IMG/VR virus record: IMGVR_UViG_3300032312_002037
Location: 17,936-81,935 of that record
From: a virus
Lineage: Duplodnaviria; Caudoviricetes
Strand: one strand, 5' to 3'
DNA: 64,000 nt
Part shown: one piece after another, positions 57,859-64,000 of the stretch
Layout of the letters: each line of letters opens with the position of its first letter
Numbering within the stretch: position 1 is the stretch's first letter
Translations under genes and position numbers: made by a program
The notes under the pieces: model-generated
The model's database searches: none
The model's input: the letters and a program-made list of their open reading frames with translations, nothing else
Told to the model about the DNA's origin: nothing

Positions 57859-60048
57859 ATGCAAGAAAAAATAAAGATATTGTTTTTAGCACCACATCTT
57901 TCTACAGGCGGAATGCCCTCATTCCTTTTAAAAAGAATACAAGCTTTAATTGATAATGAAGACTTTGAGTTGTTCGTAGTAGAATATGCGGATATTGGCG
58001 GATGGGCTTATGTGGTTCAAAAGAATGAAATCAAAAGAATAATAAAACCTGAAAACTTTACCACATTATACGAAGATAAATCTATTTTAATGGATATCAT
58101 TCGAAATAATAAAATAGATATTGTACATGCGGACGAGATTTTAGAAGGATTCGATCATTCAAATAAAGTACCAGATGTTATGTTAAACGAATTATACGAC
58201 AATAACAGAACATGGAAGATGGTTGAGACTTGTCATAATGTTTGGTTCAATCCATCAACATCTAAAAGATTTAATCCAGATGGTTACGCTTTTTGCACAC
58301 CTTGGCATAAATCAAAAACATTTAATATGATGCCATCATATAGCGAAGTTCTTCAATTTCCTATAGAGAATAAAGTTCCAACAGATGAGGAAAAGTTAGA
58401 AGCTAAGTTATCACTAGGAATGGATCTTAATAAAAAGCATGTTATTAATGTTGGTTTATGGACTTCTGGTAAAAATCAAAAAGAAGGTGTAGAAGTTGCT
58501 AAATCTTTAGAAGAATCAAATCCGGAAATTCAATTTCATTTTATTGGAAATCAAGCTCCAAACTTTGAAGATTATTGGGGACCTGTTATGGAAAATTTAC
58601 CATCAAATGTAACAGTTTGGGATGAAAGATCTGATGTAGATATATTCATGAAAGCAGCAGACTTATTCATGTTCAACTCTACTTGGGAATGCAATCCTTT
58701 AGTTTTAAGAGAAGCCGCTTCATATGGCTTAAAGATTCTATCAAGAAATCTTGAACAATATATGGATATGTTTACTCCTTATATAACAGAAATAAATGGT
58801 GATATATCTTCAACCAAATATAAATTAATAGCTTTACTTTATTCAGATAGAAAATATGTAGTTGAAGACCAATTAGAGTCTTTTAAAAACGATTATTCTA
58901 ATTTTTACAAAAAAGTTAACAGAATGCCTGTTATAGAACAAACTAGATTCATACCTAAACCGGTAATTACTCAACACTTTATCAATAATCCTTATTTAGA
59001 AATAAATGGAACCTCTGAAAGTAGTTTCAAAATTGAATTCTATGATGAGGTTGGAAAGTGTCATTATTCAAATACACTACCAATAAATCATTGGACTAGA
59101 TTAAACAGAGAATATTTCACAAAATGGAATACTAAAATTTGGGAAAATAATTATTTAATCTATGACCAAACCTTAAACTTAAAAGATAAAAGAGTTTTTG
59201 TTGTACTTGAAAGTAGTTCATTGGGTGACACTTTGGCTTGGATACCTTTTATTAGAGAATTTAAAGATAAACATAGTTGTGAACTAATAGTTTCTAGTTT
59301 TATGAATAATCTTTTTAGAGAAAGTTATCCAGATATTGAATTTATAGAACCTGGAACAGTGGTAAATAATATTTACGCCATGTATAAAATAGGATGGTTC
59401 TATAAAGATGGTGAATTTGATGTTGCTAAAAATCCAAATGATTTTAGAAAAGAACCTTTACAAAAAACAGCATCAGATATTTTAGGTTTAGAATATAAAG
59501 AAACTAGAGCTTTATTGAATATACCTAAAGTAGAAAAGAAAAAGAAAGTTGGAATTGGAATGCACTCTACTTGTCAAGCTAAATATTGGAATAATCCAAA
59601 TGGCTGGCAAGAAACAGTTGACTATCTAAACTCTCTTGGATATGAAGTTGTTCTTTATTCAAAGGAAAATGATGGTTATATGGGTAATTTTCATCCAAAA
59701 GGTATAACTAAATTTGAGGCTGGATCAATTGAAAGGTTAATAGAAGAAATGGCTTCTTGTGAGTTCTTTGTTGGTTTAGGTTCTGGTTTAAGCTGGTTAT
59801 CTTGGACAATTGGTCTACCAACTGTACTCATATCTGGCTTCAGTGAAGAACAAAGTGAAACTGTATCAAATACCTATAGAGTTATAAATAAAAGTGTTTG
59901 TAATGGATGTTTTAATAGACACAGATTAAATGCTAGTGATTGGAATTGGTGCCCAGACCATCAAAACACAGAAAGACAATTTGAATGCACTAAACAAATC
60001 ACCTCATCTATGGTGGTTGAAAAAATTAATCAAATTATAAATGGATAA
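57859..60048 (+). CDS. GT4 glycosyltransferase fused to a TibC/Aah-type protein O-heptosyltransferase
   Basis: N-terminal half has HLSTGG, VGLWTSGKNQ and FMFNSTWECNPLVLREA. C-terminal half has SSSLGDTLAW, FVGLGSGLSWL and the four-Cys metal motif VCNGC...WCPDH...RQFECTKQIT. Confidence 0.8.
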   Translation: MQEKIKILFLAPHLSTGGMPSFLLKRIQALIDNEDFELFVVEYADIGGWAYVVQKNEIKRIIKPENFTTLYEDKSILMDIIRNNKIDIVHADEILEGFDHSNKVPDVMLNELYDNNRTWKMVETCHNVWFNPSTSKRFNPDGYAFCTPWHKSKTFNMMPSYSEVLQFPIENKVPTDEEKLEAKLSLGMDLNKKHVINVGLWTSGKNQKEGVEVAKSLEESNPEIQFHFIGNQAPNFEDYWGPVMENLPSNVTVWDERSDVDIFMKAADLFMFNSTWECNPLVLREAASYGLKILSRNLEQYMDMFTPYITEINGDISSTKYKLIALLYSDRKYVVEDQLESFKNDYSNFYKKVNRMPVIEQTRFIPKPVITQHFINNPYLEINGTSESSFKIEFYDEVGKCHYSNTLPINHWTRLNREYFTKWNTKIWENNYLIYDQTLNLKDKRVFVVLESSSLGDTLAWIPFIREFKDKHSCELIVSSFMNNLFRESYPDIEFIEPGTVVNNIYAMYKIGWFYKDGEFDVAKNPNDFRKEPLQKTASDILGLEYKETRALLNIPKVEKKKKVGIGMHSTCQAKYWNNPNGWQETVDYLNSLGYEVVLYSKENDGYMGNFHPKGITKFEAGSIERLIEEMASCEFFVGLGSGLSWLSWTIGLPTVLISGFSEEQSETVSNTYRVINKSVCNGCFNRHRLNASDWNWCPDHQNTERQFECTKQITSSMVVEKINQIING

Positions 60049-60427
60049 ACCAATTGTTATAAACGCACTTCATACAGAAGGATGTTGTGTTCCAAAAGGT
60101 TGGGGCAAAGAAGTTATTATAGAAAACAATGAACTTTATTGCGGTAAGTTACTTTGTTTTAATAAAGGTGCTAAGTTTTCAATGCACTATCATATGATTA
60201 AAGATGAAACTTGGTATGTTGATAAAGGCGAATTCTTATATCGTTGGATAGACACTGAAACTGCCGATGTTATAGAACAAAAATTAATTGAAGGTGATAC
60301 AGTAAGACAAAGACCTGGTCAACCTCATCAGTTAGAAGCTTTAACTGATGGAGTTATCTTTGAAGTATCAACAACACACTCAGATTCAGATTCGTATAGA
60401 GTATGGAAAGGCGATTCACAGAAGTAA
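60041..60427 (+). CDS. Cupin-fold sugar isomerase-like protein
   Basis: FSMHYHMIKDETWYV and PGQPHQL. Confidence 0.7.
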   Translation: MDKPIVINALHTEGCCVPKGWGKEVIIENNELYCGKLLCFNKGAKFSMHYHMIKDETWYVDKGEFLYRWIDTETADVIEQKLIEGDTVRQRPGQPHQLEALTDGVIFEVSTTHSDSDSYRVWKGDSQK

Positions 60428-60807
60428 AAGTTTGGGTTAATGGAACCTTTGATGTTTTACACATAGGTCACATCAAACTATTAGAATTTGCCAGTCAATT
60501 TGGTGAGATAAGAGTTGGTATAGACACAGATGAAAGAGTTAAACAGTTCAAAGGTAAATTAAGACCTATAAATAATATTAATGATAGAATTGATTTTATG
60601 AATTCTATTAAATATGTAAATAATTCGGTTAGTTTCTCAACAGATGAAGAACTTTGTGATAGAATAAAAGAATGGAACGCTGATATTATCATAGTAGGAA
60701 ATGACTATAATAATAAAAATGTAATAGGCTCTCATTTAGTTAAAGAAGTTATATTCTTTGATAAAATAGATGGTTACTCATCTACAAAAATTATAGAAAA
60801 TAAATGA
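60403..60807 (+). CDS. Heptose-1-phosphate adenylyltransferase-like (HldE/RfaE domain II, cytidylyltransferase fold)
   Basis: NGTFDVLHIGH (HxGH), GIDTD, VGNDY and YSSTKII. Confidence 0.8.
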   Translation: MERRFTEVKVWVNGTFDVLHIGHIKLLEFASQFGEIRVGIDTDERVKQFKGKLRPINNINDRIDFMNSIKYVNNSVSFSTDEELCDRIKEWNADIIIVGNDYNNKNVIGSHLVKEVIFFDKIDGYSSTKIIENK

Positions 60808-61544
60808 TTAAGATTTTAGTAATAGGAGAAAAGTGTATAGATAGATTCATGTATTGTGACGTTTCTAGATTTAGCCCAGAAGCACCGGTGCCTGTTTTAA
60901 ACCCTATTGAAATAGTTGAAAATGATGGAATGGCTGGAAATGTTGTTAGAAACATTTTAGCTATGAAAAGTGATAGTTTGGTAACACATTGGTATCAAGA
61001 TGAAATTATCACAAAAACAAGATTTGTTGAAAAAAAAAGTAATCATATGTTTCTTAGATTAGATGAAGGTGAAACAAACATATCTAAAGTAGAATTGATT
61101 GATGAAAGAATGAAGGAGTTAGTTCATTTTGATATTGTTATTGTAAGTGATTATGATAAAGGATTTATGACTAATGAAGATATATTATCAATAGGTAGAA
61201 ACTCAAAGATATCTATATTAGATTCCAAGAGGAAGTTAAGTAAAGAGATTGTAAATAGTTACACATTTGTAAAATTGAATGAAAAAGAATCTTTACAGAA
61301 TTCGGAACTGTTAGAATGTAAAAATATATTAATTACTTTAGGAAGTAAGGGAACTAAGTTCAATAATGAGTTATATCCTAGTTCGAATCCACAAGAAACT
61401 ATAGATGTTAGTGGTGCAGGTGATACCTTTACATCATCATTTATTCTAAAATACATAGAAACTGGTGATATAAAATCATCTATTGTTTGGGCAAATGAAA
61501 TGGCTTCTATTGTTGTCTCAAAAAGAGGAGTAGCGACACCGTAA
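60804..61544 (+). CDS. Heptose-7-phosphate kinase-like (HldE/RfaE domain I, PfkB)
   Basis: RFSPEAPVPV, GMAGNV, SDYDKG and DVSGAGDTF. Confidence 0.82.
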   Translation: MIKILVIGEKCIDRFMYCDVSRFSPEAPVPVLNPIEIVENDGMAGNVVRNILAMKSDSLVTHWYQDEIITKTRFVEKKSNHMFLRLDEGETNISKVELIDERMKELVHFDIVIVSDYDKGFMTNEDILSIGRNSKISILDSKRKLSKEIVNSYTFVKLNEKESLQNSELLECKNILITLGSKGTKFNNELYPSSNPQETIDVSGAGDTFTSSFILKYIETGDIKSSIVWANEMASIVVSKRGVATP

Positions 61545-61561
61545 ATTAAATTGTTTAAAAT

Positions 61562-61597
61562 AAAAAGACCCGTTAGATTATAAACGGGTCTTTTTTT
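61562..61597. terminator. Bidirectional terminator
   Basis: AAAAAGACCCG...CGGGTCTTTTTTT. Confidence 0.8.
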
Positions 61598-64000
61598 ATT
61601 TCTTTAGATTCTTAATCTCTTCTTTCAATTGGTCTATTTGAATTTGTTGTTCTTTAATAGCTTCTATCAATACAGATACAATGTTTGGATAAGCCACCGA
61701 TTTTGTACCATTGTTATTATCAAATACAACCTCAGGGAAAGCTTTCTCCATTTCTTGAGCGATAACCCCAGCATATACTCTTTCTTTATCATCTTCGTCA
61801 TTTCTAGTGAAGGTAACACCTCTCATTAATTTTACTTTATCAAGTGAATTAGTAATTGTATTAACATTATCTTTTACAGATTCATCAGAGAAGGCTATAA
61901 TATTACCTGTTGCAAAAATATCACCTGTCACTTCTAAGATATATCCACCTAAAGAACCAGGAGTACCACCACCAATAGAAACACGACCGGAAATATAATC
62001 ATTTTGAATAGAACCAGAAGTTATTGATGTAGTTGTGTCCCAAACTGCAACAGAGTTAGTAACACCACCACTTAAACCACCACCACCAACAGACGCCGTA
62101 GAAAACATAATCTCACCAGTACCGTCAACTCTTGTTAAATATTTTGTAGTTGTAGTATTAGTAAATGACGGAGTGGCATATAAAGATAATTTACCATCTG
62201 ATGACAGATTCATTAAATCAGTAGTACTAAAGCTAGATCCACTCGTATATTCAATCCATGTGAAATTTAAACCAAAGTCACCAGTATTATCACCAAATAT
62301 AATAGATGGTATGTTATTATCATTACCCGGAAATACTTTACTTGCAAATCCAACAAAATCCGTTTCTGATGCGTTTACAATGAAACTATCAAAAGTAGCT
62401 TGAACACCTGGATAAGTTAACCATCCAGCGGCCGATAAACCTTGATAACCATTTATAATCTGAGGGAAATTAGCAAGATTAGTTAAAATATTACCATCAT
62501 ATGTTAAATTACTCCAAGCATATGCTTGATTTGTTGAAGAACCAGATGCTGATAAAATTCTATTAGTACCAGGATTTTGAATAGCATTAAATCCTGTACC
62601 GCTTGTTCCCGAAGATCCTGAACTTCCCGATGTTCCTAAAGTTCCAGAAGCACCATCAGCGACCCAAGATATAGTATAAATACCATTTACTGTTATATTA
62701 CCATTCTGAGCTATTGGAGGAGAATTTAATACATAAACGTAGTAAGTACCGTTAGATGATACACTTGTTATTGACCATATACCGAGAGTACTTGAGTTAC
62801 CAAATTCATGTAATTGTAAATAAGCTTGTCTACCAGAATTAATAATAGTCTGTATAGCCAAGTGCCAGCTAGCATAAGCAACATTAGTGGCTGATGTATT
62901 GTCTATCCAAATTTGAGTTATACTATTTATAACAGCAGAATCTGATGTAAATCCGCCACTACCAGAACCTGGTGCTAATAGAGTAGTGCCAACATTTCTC
63001 CATCTACCACTATTAGAAGAGTCTGTACCATCAATACCACTATAACCTGATGAACCAGAAGCTCCTGAAACACCACTTGAGCCACTTGAGCCACTTGTTC
63101 CACTTGATCCTGAACTACCTGACGTACCACGAGTTCCTGATGAACCACTTGTTCCACTTGATCCTGCAAATCCTGAAGTACCAGAAGCTCCTGAAACACC
63201 ACTTGTTCCACTTGATCCTGATGTTCCACCATCACCTGTTCTATAAAACGAAATAACACATTCTTCGGAATTCGACGGAATCGTTCCACTTAAATAAGTA
63301 ACATTTAATTTACGATATCCGGCTACGGTTGTAATACTATTCAATTGGAACTTTGTAAAAGTTGCATCTAAATTTGCATTTGAATCAATCAGAATATAAC
63401 CTTTTACGACAGAATTTGAATCATCCCAAGTATCAATGAATGCACTAATATCAGTACTACTAACATCTTGTATATCAATAAAAATTTGAGTTACCGATCC
63501 AACTGTTGCGTTGTTATATTTAAAAACACCCGCACCTGGATCAACATCTGTTATTGTTGTACTAAAGTTATAACGCAAACCGGCACTATTACCTTGAACA
63601 CCTTGTGTTCCTGATGTTCCTGATGATCCTGAAGAACCACTTGATCCTGATGTACCATTAACACCACTTAAACCAGATGTTCCACTTGATCCATTTAATC
63701 CCGATGATCCACTTGATCCGGAAGTTCCACTTGATCCTGAAGATCCACTAGAACCTGAAGATCCACTAGAGCCTGACGATCCACTTGAACCTGAACTACC
63801 TGAGGTTCCACGAGTTCCGGATGATCCACTTGTTCCTGATGATCCACTTGTTCCTGATGATCCACTTAAACCGGATGAGCCACTTGATCCAGATGTTCCT
63901 GAGCTACCTGAAGAACCACTTGATCCTGAAGATCCCGAACTACCACTTGTACCAGCAGATCCTGAACTTCCTGAAGATCCACTTGAGCCGGATGAGCCAC
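61596..64000 (-). CDS. Tail fibre with Gly-Ser/Thr triplet repeats and C-terminal S74 intramolecular chaperone; 5' end beyond the window
   Basis: FSDESVKDN, GVIAQE and VLIEAIKEQQ (S74). The frame stays open upstream of the track start at 63578 to the window end. Confidence 0.8.
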   Translation of the reverse strand, partial: GSSGSSGSSGSSGSAGTSGSSGSSGSSGSSGSSGTSGSSGSSGLSGSSGTSGSSGTSGSSGTRGTSGSSGSSGSSGSSGSSGSSGSSGSSGTSGSSGSSGLNGSSGTSGLSGVNGTSGSSGSSGSSGTSGTQGVQGNSAGLRYNFSTTITDVDPGAGVFKYNNATVGSVTQIFIDIQDVSSTDISAFIDTWDDSNSVVKGYILIDSNANLDATFTKFQLNSITTVAGYRKLNVTYLSGTIPSNSEECVISFYRTGDGGTSGSSGTSGVSGASGTSGFAGSSGTSGSSGTRGTSGSSGSSGTSGSSGSSGVSGASGSSGYSGIDGTDSSNSGRWRNVGTTLLAPGSGSGGFTSDSAVINSITQIWIDNTSATNVAYASWHLAIQTIINSGRQAYLQLHEFGNSSTLGIWSITSVSSNGTYYVYVLNSPPIAQNGNITVNGIYTISWVADGASGTLGTSGSSGSSGTSGTGFNAIQNPGTNRILSASGSSTNQAYAWSNLTYDGNILTNLANFPQIINGYQGLSAAGWLTYPGVQATFDSFIVNASETDFVGFASKVFPGNDNNIPSIIFGDNTGDFGLNFTWIEYTSGSSFSTTDLMNLSSDGKLSLYATPSFTNTTTTKYLTRVDGTGEIMFSTASVGGGGLSGGVTNSVAVWDTTTSITSGSIQNDYISGRVSIGGGTPGSLGGYILEVTGDIFATGNIIAFSDESVKDNVNTITNSLDKVKLMRGVTFTRNDEDDKERVYAGVIAQEMEKAFPEVVFDNNNGTKSVAYPNIVSVLIEAIKEQQIQIDQLKEEIKNLKK
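63579..64000 (-). repeat. About 140 codons of G-(S/T)-S triplet repeat (a second block at about 63047-63230)
   Basis: Manual translation gives GSSGTSGSSG... Confidence 0.9.

Noticed and set aside
3305-63289. Many short track ORFs on the opposite strand or alternate frames (e.g. 4304-4996, 20737-21053, 52691-53200, 61629-63289)
   Set aside because: They are shadows of longer recognisable genes, often of their repeats, and lack promoters or motifs.
1-64000. Stop-codon reassignment as in some jumbo and crAss-like phages
   Set aside because: Conserved genes are intact under code 11. No genes are split at TAG/TGA, and TAG is used as a stop (20018, 32843).
1-64000. Bacterial chromosome/prophage or eukaryotic giant virus origin (suggested by rnr, glnII, clpS, RFC-like and HNH genes)
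   Set aside because: These genes are interleaved with a full T4-like virion gene set sharing the same promoter motifs. There is no integrase, host operon or NCLDV core gene.

Overview
This is an AT-rich (about 70% AT by eye), densely coding 64-kb segment of a large T4-related (jumbo-type) myovirus, with no sign of a cellular chromosome. It encodes recognisable T4-like head, packaging and tail genes scattered on both strands: major capsid, prohead protease fused to a scaffold, portal, gp2/gp4, large and probable small terminase, gp15, gp25, gp26-like, sheath, tube, tape measure, a baseplate-type protein and tail fibres. It also carries a gp55-like late sigma factor, a clamp loader, a gp47-like nuclease and host-like enzymes (RNase R, glutamine synthetase II, ClpS, M28 peptidase, NFACT-R, HAD). 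Promoter form and homologue style point to a Bacteroidota host (inference). Four signals stand out. (1) About 15 unrelated late genes share an N-terminal MKx(L/I)Kx(F/Y)xxFxE-like leader resembling the T4 capsid-targeting sequence, suggesting a set of enzymes packaged in the head. (2) An ADP-heptose synthesis plus TibC/Aah-type protein heptosyltransferase operon lies next to a Ser/Gly-repeat tail fibre. (3) Promoter motifs can be read directly: AATATATA (late), AATCCAC-N28-AATATATA and AAACTTT-N13-15-TATAA. (4) The terminase has an 85-aa insertion resembling an AcrB docking subdomain. All family assignments come from motif recognition by eye; no database search was run.
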